This document shows, one piece after another, positions 1 to 9,802 of a DNA stretch of 64,000 bases (its first letter is position 1; each line of letters starts with the position of its first letter). This stretch comes from Lachnospiraceae bacterium (GTDB lineage Bacteria; Bacillota; Clostridia; Lachnospirales; Lachnospiraceae), in contig WSLY01000008.1 in NCBI GenBank assembly GCA_013316825.1, positions 14,414 through 78,413 on the forward strand, written 5' to 3'. Below the pieces are notes generated by a model. The model did no database searches. It had not been told where the DNA came from and saw only the letters and a list, made by a program, of their open reading frames with translations. The position numbers were made by a program, and so were the translations under genes.

Positions 1-517
1 AGAAGTAGCACAACAGGCTTTTTACTGCAAGCTCGTATCCAAATTTTTTCTCCGTGCAATAAAAGTAAGTATCTTGTGCAAGTCGCAGCATTTCCTTTGT
101 GGCATCGTCCTGCTTCTTCAGTATCAAAAAGTGCAGAAAGGGAGAGGAGAGGACGGGTGTCAAGTATTTTGCCGACATGCTGGTCTTGCCGTAGCCAAAT
201 AAAAAGGAAGGATGGAACTTCAGCGTATGCAGTGTGCACGCCTCTTTGTCAGCGCTGCGGATGGAGTGGAGCTGGTTTTGGTTTAGGAAAAAACCCTCGC
301 CGGGTGCGAGCGCTATATTTTGGTCTGAGAGGCGCAGCAATGCATGACCGGATGTCACGATGGTGAGTTCTATTTCGTCGTGCCACTGCCAGCGTATCAT
401 CCGCATATAAAGCTGGGAGAGGTCGGTAGAATAGGTGCTGACGGGAAAGTCGATATTTGATGCCGGAGCGGGGCAGAACAATGCTTCGTCCGGCTTTTTT
501 GTATTTTCATTTGCCAT
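1..517 (-). CDS. AraC-family transcriptional regulator, N-terminal cupin part (runs off the left edge)
   Basis: Not in the ORF track. Manual translation from ATG at 517 (RBS GAAAGGA) is open to the edge: MANENTKK...WQWHDEIELTIVTSG...PGEGFFLNQNQLHSI...FHPSFLFG, a typical AraC ligand-binding cupin. The HTH lies outside the window. Confidence 0.8.
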   Translation of the reverse strand, partial: MANENTKKPDEALFCPAPASNIDFPVSTYSTDLSQLYMRMIRWQWHDEIELTIVTSGHALLRLSDQNIALAPGEGFFLNQNQLHSIRSADKEACTLHTLKFHPSFLFGYGKTSMSAKYLTPVLSSPFLHFLILKKQDDATKEMLRLAQDTYFYCTEKKFGYELAVKSLLCYF

Positions 518-576
518 GGTAAATTCCTTTCGTGCAAAGATGTCGGGCGTATGCGTGCAACACTACTCTCTTGTAG

Positions 577-694
577 TATAATGTCCGCAAAAGGCAGAGT
601 CAAGAGCCCAAAGAAACAGATGCCGTGCTTGCACGAGCAGACTTTTCTTGGGGCTCTTGACGAGCAAAGCGAGCCCAAAGAAACAGATGCCGTG
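577..694 (+). repeat. Palindromic element, family I (degenerate copy)
   Basis: TATAATGTCCGcaaaaGGCAGAG, then an imperfect hairpin at 599-661, the linker CGAGCAAAGCGAGC, and a 24-nt direct repeat (604-627 = 671-694). Same layout as 14478-14627. Confidence 0.7.
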
Positions 695-839
695 TTGTGG
701 TAAGAGGGCTAAAATCCGGCAATAGGAAAAGGGCGTGTGGCAACACAGCTCTATGGAAAGCATATGATAAGCAGAGGGCGGCTGCCAAAACCGGCACAGG
801 ACAATTCCTGCGCCGGATGCAGCAGGAAAGGGTAATAAA

Positions 840-2717
840 ATGGAAAATCAAAAACTGGAAAATCTTTTAAATCTGGCGTTGGAGACGCCGGAGGCGCTGC
901 GGGAGAAATCCCTGAACCTGAATGTGGGGTACGAAGCAGCAAGCCGTACATGGGAACTGATTGTAAAATATAATGGCAATTTGTCCGCCCTTGCCGCAAT
1001 GGGGATAGGCGTGGAAGAGCTGCTTGCCGGTTACGCTGTGCTCACCGTGCCGGAGGAATTTGTTGACGAGGTGGCGGGGCTTCCTGAAATTGAATATGTA
1101 GAAAAACCAAAACGCTTGTTTTTTGCAGTGGATAACTTACCCATGGATGAATTGTCTGCGGACAGAGCATTGGCGGGCGGCATATCTGCGGATTATAATT
1201 CCATGGAGCAGGCAAAAGAGGCTTCCTGCATTTTACCCGTGACTGTGCGGGAGCCTTATCTGAATGGGGAAGGCGTGATAGTAGGTATTATCGATTCGGG
1301 TATCGATTATACCAACCGGCATTTTCGCAATGCGGACGGGAGCAGCAGGATATTGTACCTGTGGGACCAGACGCTGTCCTGGGAGGAAGTGCCGGCACGG
1401 GGAGCGGAAAGAAGACCGCCGGATGGTTTTTTGCTGGGAACAGAGTTTGACAAAGCGCAGATTGACGCGGCATTGGCGGCAGATTCGCCTGCAGAGGGCT
1501 TTCTTTTGGTGCCAAGCCGCGATGTAAGCGGACATGGCACGGCGGTAGCGGGCATTGCGGCAGGGAGCGGCGTGGGAGGGTATGAAGGGGTTGCATCGGA
1601 AAGCTATCTGATAGTGGTAAAGCTGGGCGCGGTAGACCCCAATTCTTTTCCAAGGACTACGGAGCTTATGCGCGCGGTTACCTATGTGGTAAAAAAGGCA
1701 CAGCTGCTTGGACTGCCCCTTGCCCTCAATTTAAGCTTTGGCAATACGTATGGCGCGCATAATGGTTCCTCCCTTGTAGAACGCTTTCTGGACAATGCAT
1801 CGGAGGTGGGCAGAACGGTAATCTGTGTGGGAAGCGGCAATGAGGGCGCAGCTGCGGGGCATCTGCAGGGAAATGCGGGACCGGCAGGCAGCAGGCTTCT
1901 GACGGGGGCAGACAGTTATGCGGAGCTGGCGGTTGCGGCTTATGAGACGGCGCTCAATGTGCAGCTTTGGAAAAATTATGCGGACAGCTACAGAATTACG
2001 CTGCGTTCCCCGGGCGGGGAAGAAGTTCTGCTGCCGGAGGGCGGGTTTGGAAAATTGTCTTTTGTGATGGAGCAGACTGTTATTCTGGTGTATATGGGAG
2101 AACCGACGCCTTACTCCGTGGCGCAGGAAATCTATTTTGATTTTATTCCCCAAAGAGAGTACATTGCGTCGGGTGTCTGGACATTTCGGATAGAGTTTGT
2201 GTCCGGCGTGACAGGGCAGTACTATTTTTATCTTCCCAGCGCGGGGGTGCGAAATGCGGGTACGCGTTTCTTTTCGCCAAGCCCGCAGGTGACGCTGACC
2301 ATTCCTTCCACGGCGCAGAAGGTGGTTACGGTTGCAGCTTATGACAGCGTTTATGAGGCATATGCAGATTTTTCCGGCAGAGGTTATATGTATCCGGAGC
2401 GGACGATGGGACCTGCGGCGTCAGGCGCAGTAAAGCCTGATTTGGCGGCGCCGGGCGTAAACATTCTGGCGCCGGATACCTTTGGCGGGTACGGCTATTT
2501 TACAGGCACTTCTTTTGCCACGCCGTTTGTAACGGGAGCCGCCGCACTTTTGATGCAGTGGGGGATTGGGCGGGAAAACGATTTGTTTTTATATGGGGAG
2601 AAGGTAAAGGCGTATCTGCGCAGGGGGGCAAGAGCGCTGCGGGGGGAGAGTGAGCTGCCGAATGAGAGGGTGGGCTTCGGCGCTCTCTGCCTCGCAGAAA
2701 GCCTGCCTGTACTATGA
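840..2717 (+). CDS. S8 subtilisin-like serine protease, Csp (spore germination) type
   Basis: Catalytic motifs IIDSG, HGTAVAG and GTSFA; N-terminal prodomain; long insertion typical of clostridial Csp proteins. Confidence 0.85.
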   Translation: MENQKLENLLNLALETPEALREKSLNLNVGYEAASRTWELIVKYNGNLSALAAMGIGVEELLAGYAVLTVPEEFVDEVAGLPEIEYVEKPKRLFFAVDNLPMDELSADRALAGGISADYNSMEQAKEASCILPVTVREPYLNGEGVIVGIIDSGIDYTNRHFRNADGSSRILYLWDQTLSWEEVPARGAERRPPDGFLLGTEFDKAQIDAALAADSPAEGFLLVPSRDVSGHGTAVAGIAAGSGVGGYEGVASESYLIVVKLGAVDPNSFPRTTELMRAVTYVVKKAQLLGLPLALNLSFGNTYGAHNGSSLVERFLDNASEVGRTVICVGSGNEGAAAGHLQGNAGPAGSRLLTGADSYAELAVAAYETALNVQLWKNYADSYRITLRSPGGEEVLLPEGGFGKLSFVMEQTVILVYMGEPTPYSVAQEIYFDFIPQREYIASGVWTFRIEFVSGVTGQYYFYLPSAGVRNAGTRFFSPSPQVTLTIPSTAQKVVTVAAYDSVYEAYADFSGRGYMYPERTMGPAASGAVKPDLAAPGVNILAPDTFGGYGYFTGTSFATPFVTGAAALLMQWGIGRENDLFLYGEKVKAYLRRGARALRGESELPNERVGFGALCLAESLPVL

Positions 2718-2821
2718 TATGGCTCACAGGGTAAAAAATCTTGTGTAAGTTTCCCGTTAGTGATATAATGGTTGCATTACAATTTGTGAGAATAGTATCA
2801 TGATATAAAAGGAGAAGTGTC

Positions 2822-4171
2822 ATGAATCAAATTGCATGGAAGGACAGTTATAAAATTGGCGTGGATTTTATTGACAAAGAGCACCAGACGCTTTTTGCAA
2901 GGATGAATAAGCTGCTCAAGATTATTGAGGAGGAAGAGAAAAGCGAATGGGCGTGCCGTGAAGGTGTAAAGTATTTGAAAAGCCATGCCACGGAGCATTT
3001 CGAACACGAAGAAGCGTATATGCAGTCGATTCAATATGGTGAATATGAGGTACATAAGCGTTTACACGACAATTTCCGGTATAAGACGCTGCCGGCTCTG
3101 GAAGCGGAGATGGAGGAGGCCGGATATTCAGAGGAGTCCATCCGTCATTTTCTTGGCGTCTGCATCGGCTGGGTAATCGGACATACCCAGACGGAGGACC
3201 AGGCTATCGTGGGCAGGACGATGAGCAAGTGGGTTAATATTCCCCATGAAGAGGAGAAGGAAGCGCTGGAGGCGGCGATTATCCAGCTTATGCAGGAAAT
3301 GTTTCATTTAGATGCACAGTTAATCAGCGAGCAATATGCAGGAGAAGACTTTGGAAAAATAATCTGCAACCGCTTTTTCTATCGAGGCAGACAGAAGGAA
3401 AAGTGGGAGGTGACGATTGTTTTTGAAGAAAGGCTTCTGCTTCAGATTATAAGCGGAATTCTAAATACAGAATACAAGCGGGTTGACGATATGGTGATTA
3501 ATGTAATCCGCTATCTTTCCCGCCAGTTTTTGGAGAAGCTCAGAGAAAGTTTTCCGGCGATAGACTTGTTGGAGCTGGAGAAGGAATGTCTGCTGACCCA
3601 TGAGCAGCTTTCCAATTCTTTTGCGCGCGAGCAGCCGGTTTGCAGCCTTTTGTTTCACGCGAAGGATGGGTATTTTGCCTTTAGCGCGGCGGCAAAGGAT
3701 TCTCTTCGCGGTAAGCTTGCTTCTGTAGTTGACCCGCAGAATGCGATGGCAGCAGTCAAGGAGTATTTGTCCAAGGAAAATGCGGAGCAGGAAAAAGAAA
3801 AGCTCAAAATTCTTGTGGTAGACGATTCAGAATTTATGCGAACCAGAATGGTGAAGCTTTTGGAAGGACATTATGATTTGACAGAGGCGGCTTCCAGTGT
3901 GTCCGCTATCAAGATGATAGCAAAAAACCGTCCCAATCTGGTTCTGTTGGATTATGAGATGCCGGTCTGTGATGGAAGACAGGCATTGGAAATGATTCGC
4001 TCGGATGAGGATATTGCGGATATACCGGTCATGTTTCTGACCGGCAGGGGGGATAAGGAAAGCGTGAAAAAGGTGATGGCGCTGAAGCCGGAGGGATATT
4101 TGTTAAAAACGATGCCGGATGAGGCTATCAAGAAGAGTATTGATGATTTCTTTGCCAAGAGAAATAAATAG
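2822..4171 (+). CDS. Hemerythrin domain + possible CheX/CheC-like domain + response-regulator receiver protein
   Basis: Hemerythrin motifs IDKEH, HFEHEE, HKRLH and HTQTED; C-terminal receiver VVDDS, LLDYEMP, FLTG, LLK. Confidence 0.85.
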   Translation: MNQIAWKDSYKIGVDFIDKEHQTLFARMNKLLKIIEEEEKSEWACREGVKYLKSHATEHFEHEEAYMQSIQYGEYEVHKRLHDNFRYKTLPALEAEMEEAGYSEESIRHFLGVCIGWVIGHTQTEDQAIVGRTMSKWVNIPHEEEKEALEAAIIQLMQEMFHLDAQLISEQYAGEDFGKIICNRFFYRGRQKEKWEVTIVFEERLLLQIISGILNTEYKRVDDMVINVIRYLSRQFLEKLRESFPAIDLLELEKECLLTHEQLSNSFAREQPVCSLLFHAKDGYFAFSAAAKDSLRGKLASVVDPQNAMAAVKEYLSKENAEQEKEKLKILVVDDSEFMRTRMVKLLEGHYDLTEAASSVSAIKMIAKNRPNLVLLDYEMPVCDGRQALEMIRSDEDIADIPVMFLTGRGDKESVKKVMALKPEGYLLKTMPDEAIKKSIDDFFAKRNK

Positions 4172-4189
4172 GATATGCGACAAGAAGCG

Positions 4190-4217
4190 AAAAGCCGGAG
4201 AGAAATCTCCGGCTTTT
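4190..4217 (+). terminator. Intrinsic terminator
   Basis: AAAAGCCGGAGA-gaaa-TCTCCGGCTTTT. Confidence 0.8.
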
Positions 4218-4235
4218 AAAATGATGACTGTAATG

Positions 4236-4296
4236 CAAAATTAACAGGATTTTGGACAAAATTGGCATAGAGAGTAAAAAAAACGTATGTTATAAT
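4236..4296 (+). promoter_or_regulatory. Putative LytTR direct repeats with extended -10 sigmaA promoter
   Basis: CAAAATTAACA (4236) and CAAAATTGGCA (4257), 21-bp period; TGtTATAAT at 4288-4296. Confidence 0.45.
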
Positions 4297-4328
4297 AGAA
4301 GGAAAAAGAAAATGGAGGGGGTCTGCCT

Positions 4329-5033
4329 ATGAGAATAGCGGTTTGTGATGATTGTTTTGAAGATGCGCAATATCTCAAAACACTTCTGGATGGACATGAG
4401 ACCAGCATATATTCGGAGACGGACAGTCTTCTGGCAGATATAGCAGATAAAAAGGTACGTTATGATTTGTATCTGCTGGATATTTATATGGATACCTCCA
4501 TGAACGGAATTGAACTGGCGAAAAGGCTTCGTAAGGTGGAGAGGGAGGCAGCGATTTGTTTTGTTTCAACCAGCGATGCATTTTACAGGGAAGCATATGA
4601 CCTTTATGCGATGCAGTATCTGATTAAGCCTGTACAGGAGGAAGCCCTGAAAGAGCTTATAGAGCGTGTGTCAGAGCAGTTATCAAGAGATAAGGGGAAA
4701 GAGCAGGTGCTTCGGTTCAAATGGCGGGGGCGGATTGGCGCGATTCCTTATGACAGGATTCTTTATATCAGCAGCAGGGAGCATACGATTTCCATTTACT
4801 GTAAGGACGGCACCGTGCAGAAATATAAAGGCAAGCTGAATGAATTGGCTTTATCAGTGTGTGGCGGCGTATTCTTAAGATGCCACCAGAGTTTTCTTGT
4901 CAATATCTATCAGGTAAATAACCTGAGCGGAAATGAACTGACAGCTTCGGGGCATCGGATTCCTGTATCCAGACGGTATTATGCGGAGGTAAAGAAGCGG
5001 TATCAGGAGATGCTTTTTGAGGAGGTGGATTGA
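4329..5033 (+). CDS. LytTR-family response regulator (AgrA-like)
   Basis: IAVCDD, LLDIYM, YLIKP and FLRCHQSFLVN motifs. Confidence 0.93.
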   Translation: MRIAVCDDCFEDAQYLKTLLDGHETSIYSETDSLLADIADKKVRYDLYLLDIYMDTSMNGIELAKRLRKVEREAAICFVSTSDAFYREAYDLYAMQYLIKPVQEEALKELIERVSEQLSRDKGKEQVLRFKWRGRIGAIPYDRILYISSREHTISIYCKDGTVQKYKGKLNELALSVCGGVFLRCHQSFLVNIYQVNNLSGNELTASGHRIPVSRRYYAEVKKRYQEMLFEEVD

Positions 5034-6319
5034 CACAAATGATACTTCGGGATTTGTCTGCTTTTTGGAGCATGTTTCATGTGATTTTTCTGTTTATTAT
5101 GCTGTTTCGTTCGCGCTATACAAAAAGAAAAACCTTATTGTTAGCCGGAACCTGTATGGGACTGCTGATGTTTTTAAACGGAGTGGGGGTGGTCGTACTG
5201 GGGTTTGAGGTGATGGGAAAGATATTTCTCTTTACCTGCTCCATTCCCAGTTTTCTCTTTTTTTACCTGCTTTCTGCAGATAAGAGATTCCGTTTTCTGC
5301 TTACCTTTTGTCTGGCAGATACGTCGAGTCTTTGGATTATCGGTGTTACGCTCCTTTTGGATGCTTATTTGGGAGGCGGAACATATATAGTAATGTTTGT
5401 GAGCAGACTGATTGCGTTTCCGCTGATGGAATATCTGGCTTACCGTTTTTTGCGAAAGCCTTATCTGGAGCTGCAGGATTCGGTGAAGAAGGGATGGGGT
5501 ATTTTTGCAGGCATGACGCTTTTGTACTATGTGCTGCTTGCAGTGATGCTTTATTATCCTTCCAATATTGAAAACCGGCCGGCTGATGTTTTACCCTGCG
5601 TGCTGGTGCTGCTCCTGATGTTTTTTAATTATGCCACGATATTTTCAGCACTTTACAGGCAGCTTCTGCTCTACAGAAAGCAGCAGAACGAGCGTGTCCT
5701 GCAGGAGCAAAAGGCAGCGTTGGAAGGACAGCTTGAAAACCAGCAGCGCATACGGAAAATGAAGCATGATATGAAAGGGCACGTGATTACGTTATCGGGA
5801 CTGCTCTCTTCCGGAAAAACGGAGGAAGCACTGGAATATCTGGAGCATGTGAAGACGGAGACGGATACCTTATATGGAAAGTTTTGCGCCAATCCGTACA
5901 TCGATGCGGTATTGGTTCACTACTATCAGAAATTTCAGGAGATTTATGCTGAATTTGAAATGGATATCCGAACGGGGGATGAGGAACTGCCCTATATGGG
6001 ACTGTGCCAGATTCTTTCAAATGGGCTGGAAAACGCATGGGATGCGTTAAAAGCGCTTGCCGTGGAAAAACGGAAGGTTTCCGTGCAGATGAAATACAAC
6101 AGGGATTATCTGATTATTCGAATAAAAAACTGTTGCAGAGAGGAGCTGCGGGTGGAAAAAGGGGCAATCGTCGGGTCGAGCAAGGAAGAAAGCGGACATG
6201 GATTTGGGCTTCCTACGGTGTTAGAGACGGCAAGACAGCTCGGCGGCGATATGATGTGTTATACGGAAAACGAAAATTTTGTGCTGGACGTGATGGTACG
6301 CTGCCGGCATAATAGCTGA
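5030..6319 (+). CDS. Membrane GHKL sensor histidine kinase (AgrC-like)
   Basis: Multiple TM segments; H-box KHDMKGH; N-box NGLENA; G-box HGFGL. Confidence 0.92.
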   Translation: MTQMILRDLSAFWSMFHVIFLFIMLFRSRYTKRKTLLLAGTCMGLLMFLNGVGVVVLGFEVMGKIFLFTCSIPSFLFFYLLSADKRFRFLLTFCLADTSSLWIIGVTLLLDAYLGGGTYIVMFVSRLIAFPLMEYLAYRFLRKPYLELQDSVKKGWGIFAGMTLLYYVLLAVMLYYPSNIENRPADVLPCVLVLLLMFFNYATIFSALYRQLLLYRKQQNERVLQEQKAALEGQLENQQRIRKMKHDMKGHVITLSGLLSSGKTEEALEYLEHVKTETDTLYGKFCANPYIDAVLVHYYQKFQEIYAEFEMDIRTGDEELPYMGLCQILSNGLENAWDALKALAVEKRKVSVQMKYNRDYLIIRIKNCCREELRVEKGAIVGSSKEESGHGFGLPTVLETARQLGGDMMCYTENENFVLDVMVRCRHNS

Positions 6320-6332
6320 TAAACAGGGTGCA

Positions 6333-6365
6333 AAGGGCATCTGCCGCAGGGCAGGTGCTTTTTTA
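6333..6365 (+). terminator. Intrinsic terminator
   Basis: GGGCATCTGCC-gcag-GGCAGGTGCTT followed by a T-tract. Confidence 0.6.
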
Positions 6366-6468
6366 TGCGGCAGTTCTTTTGTAAGAAACGGAGAGTAAAA
6401 AAATCATGTGTATAATTAAAAAAAGTAGTTTTTACAGTGCAAACCATAGTACGGTGAAGGAGAAGAGG

Positions 6469-7033
6469 ATAGAAAGACAAAAGAGAAAAGGATTGCAGAA
6501 GGCTTTGTCAGTATTTCTTTCAATGGCATTGCTGGTGGGAATTTTATCTAATGCGGCGCCTATTCATGTGCGCGCGTCAGGCGAGGTGGTGCTGACAGTT
6601 GGCGCCGATATAGAGATAACAGAAAGCATTGCAATAAAAAGTGGAAGTACGGTTACGCTTCTCTCTGCCGGAAATCATACGTTAAAGCGGGCGTCAGGAT
6701 ATAGCGGCACCATGTTTGCCGTATAGGGCACATTGAAATTGGGAAGCGAAAACTCTGGTGAAAACACAGGAGAGAATACGGGCGGGAGCAACGGCGTCAA
6801 TATCCGGATAATGCTGACTGTCGAAGACGCGGGAGAACATGTAAGCGAGGAGGACAGGGCGGCAGTAGACGGCGCACTTGGCAGCTATAGGGTAGGGCAG
6901 TATCTGGATATCAGCCTGCTTAAGATTGTCGGAGAGAGTCAGAACAGAATACCGGAAACCACAGGGAAAATCAGGATTACGATTGCTGTGCCGGAAAATC
7001 TGAAAGCGGCGGAGGATGTACAGGAGCGGTCTC
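6469..7033 (+). pseudogene. Decayed secreted/cell-surface protein gene
   Basis: RBS AAGGAG followed by ATA (likely a mutated ATG) and a signal-peptide-like segment. In-frame TAG at 6724-6726 splits the same-frame ORFs 6406 and 6733. The coding-like part ends at the convergent PHP gene with no stop of its own. Confidence 0.6.
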
Positions 7034-7927
7034 TTATTCTGCCGTTTTGGCTGCGGGCATCAGCAGCGCTTTCAGTTTATCAAGGATTTCCTCATGTATA
7101 TATAGCTTACCGTAGCCCGTGCCGAACTGAAGCCCGGGCTTATTGGTGCCATGAAAGTCGGAGCCGCCGCTTATGGCAAGGTGGTATTTTTTCGCAAGCG
7201 CATGTATCTGTCTGGTTTCTGCGGGGGAATAGGTGGAATAAATGGCTTCTATGGCGAGCAGCCCTGCTTCCTTCAGCTCTTTTACAAGCTGTTCCAAACG
7301 TGCGCTGCTTAAGCGGTAGAGGGCAGGATGGGCGAGAACCGGTATGCCGTCCGCGCTTTTTATGAGGGAGACCGCCTGTACGGGCGTTACTTTTTCACGG
7401 GGAACAAAACAGGGGGCATGGTCGCCAACGTAGCGTGCAAATGCTTCTTTCATGCTGCCCGTATAACCATGCTCTGTCAAAAAGCGTGCGTAATGCGCTC
7501 TGGTGATAACGGCATCGGGAAATGTGTTTTTCAGGGCTTCATATGTGATGTCGATGCCGTGCGCCTGCAGCAGGAGGCACATTTTTTCGTTGCGCAGCTC
7601 TCTGGAGGCCACAAAGGAAGTGATATAATCCTGAAAGCTTTTTTTCTGATAGTTGATGAATAGTCCTACCACATGAATGTCGCCGCACTCGTATTCTGTG
7701 GACAGTTCAATGCCGGAAATGACCGTGAGGGTATTTCCGGCAGGATTTTTGTCACAGACTTTTCCGGAGAGTGAAGCGGCATAAGAGACTGCTTCGTCAA
7801 GCCCTGCGACCGTGTCATGGTCGGTGAGGGCAAAGGCGCTGATATTGTGCGACAGGGCGTATTCCACCAGCTCCTTTGGGGAAAAAGTACCGTCGGAGCA
7901 GGTGGAATGTACATGTAAATCAATCAT
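7034..7927 (-). CDS. PHP-domain metal-dependent phosphoesterase
   Basis: DLHVHSTCSDG, LTDHDT, LAHP and GGSDFHG motifs. Confidence 0.93.
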   Translation of the reverse strand: MIDLHVHSTCSDGTFSPKELVEYALSHNISAFALTDHDTVAGLDEAVSYAASLSGKVCDKNPAGNTLTVISGIELSTEYECGDIHVVGLFINYQKKSFQDYITSFVASRELRNEKMCLLLQAHGIDITYEALKNTFPDAVITRAHYARFLTEHGYTGSMKEAFARYVGDHAPCFVPREKVTPVQAVSLIKSADGIPVLAHPALYRLSSARLEQLVKELKEAGLLAIEAIYSTYSPAETRQIHALAKKYHLAISGGSDFHGTNKPGLQFGTGYGKLYIHEEILDKLKALLMPAAKTAE

Positions 7928-7930
7928 GAA

Positions 7931-9565
7931 TCAGTCCTCGTCTTCCGTCATCTTGGTATATACGGTGCGCTTTCTTGCCATTTCGTCGCTTTCCAGATAT
8001 TCGTCGTAGGTAGTAATCTTGTCAATTAGAGAGCCGTCCGGCAGGATTTCCATAATGCGGTTGGCGGTAGTCTGTACAAACTGGTGGTCGTGGCAGGAGA
8101 AAAGCTCCACGCCGCCAAATTTAATCAGTCCATTGTTAAGCGCAGTGATGGACTCCATATCAAGGTGGTTGGTCGGTTCGTCAAGTATCAGGCAGTTGGC
8201 GCCGCTTATCATCATCTTTGACAAAAGGCAGCGTACCTTTTCGCCGCCGGAGAGCACACGTACCTTTTTGACTCCGTCTTCACCTGCAAAAAGCATACGT
8301 CCGAGGAAGCCGCGCACATAGGTCACATCCTTAACCGGAGAATAGCCTGTCAGCCAGTCCGCAATGGTGAGGTCATTGTCAAATTCTGCCGTGTTGTCTT
8401 TGGGGAAATATGCCTGCGAAGTGGTAACGCCCCACTTATAGCTGCCTGCATCCGGCTCCAGTTCACCGGCAAGAATCTGGAATAAGGTAGTTTTGGCAAG
8501 CTCATTGCCGCCCACAAAGGCAATTTTGTCATTGTGCCCTACGATAAAGGAGATATCGTCCAACACTTTTTCTCCGTTTATCGTTTTGCTCAGATGCTCC
8601 ACAGTGAGCACCTCATTGCCGATTTCCCTGTCGGGGCGGAAATCGATGTAGGGGTATTTGCGGCTGGAGGGGCGGATTTCATCAAGCTCAATTTTTTCCA
8701 GCGCCCGCTTTCTGGCGGTAGCCTGCTTGGACTTGGAGGCGTTGGCGGAAAAACGGGAAATAAATTCCTGCAGCTCCTTGATTTTTTCCTCTTTCTTTTT
8801 GTTCGCTTCCTTCATCTGGCGTATCAGAAGCTGGCTGGACTCATACCAGAAATCGTAATTGCCGGCATAGAGCTGGATTTTTCCATAATCAATATCGGCG
8901 GTATGGGTGCACACCTTGTTTAAGAAATAACGGTCGTGGGACACCACGATAACGGTATTTTCAAAATCTATCAGGAAGTTTTCCAGCCATGCAATCGCAT
9001 CCAAGTCCAGATGGTTGGTCGGCTCGTCCAAAAGCAGGATATCGGGATTGCCGAAAAGCGCTTTGGCAAGCAAAACCTTTACTTTCTCGCTGCCGTTAAG
9101 ACTTTTCATCTGCGCATAATGCAGGGAGGTGTCGATGCCAAGTCCGTTTAAGAGAGAAGCGGCGTCAGACTCGGCTTCCCAGCCGTCCATCTCCGCAAAC
9201 TCTGCCTCCAACTCGCTGGCACGGATGCCATCCTCATCGGTAAAGTCTTCTTTGGCATAAATTGCCTCTTTTTCCTTCATGATTTGATAGAGCTTCTCAT
9301 TGCCCATAATAACCAAATCCAGTACGACATTTTCATCGTATTTAAAGTGGTCCTGTTCCAGCACGGAAAGGCGCTGCCCGGGAGTGATGAAAATGTCGCC
9401 GTTCGTCGTTTCAAGCTGTCCGGAAAGGATTTTTAAAAAAGTAGATTTGCCGGCGCCGTTGGCGCCAATCAGACCGTAGCAGCCTCCTTCGGTAAATTTT
9501 ATATTCACGTCTTCAAATAGTGCCTTTTTGCCCACTCTGTAGGTTACGTTGTTTGCAGAAATCAT
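7931..9565 (-). CDS. ABC-F family ATPase
   Basis: Two ABC cassettes (GANGAGKS, LLLDEPTNHLD twice), no TM segments. Confidence 0.93.
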   Translation of the reverse strand: MISANNVTYRVGKKALFEDVNIKFTEGGCYGLIGANGAGKSTFLKILSGQLETTNGDIFITPGQRLSVLEQDHFKYDENVVLDLVIMGNEKLYQIMKEKEAIYAKEDFTDEDGIRASELEAEFAEMDGWEAESDAASLLNGLGIDTSLHYAQMKSLNGSEKVKVLLAKALFGNPDILLLDEPTNHLDLDAIAWLENFLIDFENTVIVVSHDRYFLNKVCTHTADIDYGKIQLYAGNYDFWYESSQLLIRQMKEANKKKEEKIKELQEFISRFSANASKSKQATARKRALEKIELDEIRPSSRKYPYIDFRPDREIGNEVLTVEHLSKTINGEKVLDDISFIVGHNDKIAFVGGNELAKTTLFQILAGELEPDAGSYKWGVTTSQAYFPKDNTAEFDNDLTIADWLTGYSPVKDVTYVRGFLGRMLFAGEDGVKKVRVLSGGEKVRCLLSKMMISGANCLILDEPTNHLDMESITALNNGLIKFGGVELFSCHDHQFVQTTANRIMEILPDGSLIDKITTYDEYLESDEMARKRTVYTKMTEDED

Positions 9566-9802
9566 ATTGTCAGTCCTTTCTTCTATGCAATACAGTCAAA
9601 TCAGTATCATCAGGCGGTTTTGCGCCGCCGCTTCTTATTTTTACATGAAAATGGGGCTTTTTCAAGAGAATTTTTACAATTGTGGAAAAAAGCCGCTGTG
9701 AAAACTCGTTGAACTTGTACTGATATAATGCTAAAATGGAAAAAAACGGAAATATAAAATGTAGATTGCAATAAGTTCGATAGCTTGGGCATGGAGGTAA
9801 AA

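Noticed and set aside
76-366. 96-aa + strand ORF
   Set aside because: Shadow of the minus-strand AraC gene at 1-517.
604-694. 24-nt direct repeat with a 43-nt spacer as a mini CRISPR array
   Set aside because: Only two units, the spacer pairs with the first repeat, and no cas genes are present. Better explained as a family I palindrome.
7034-7365. C-terminal part of the 210-aa ORF 6733-7365
   Set aside because: Antisense read-through over the PHP gene with no protein-like character.
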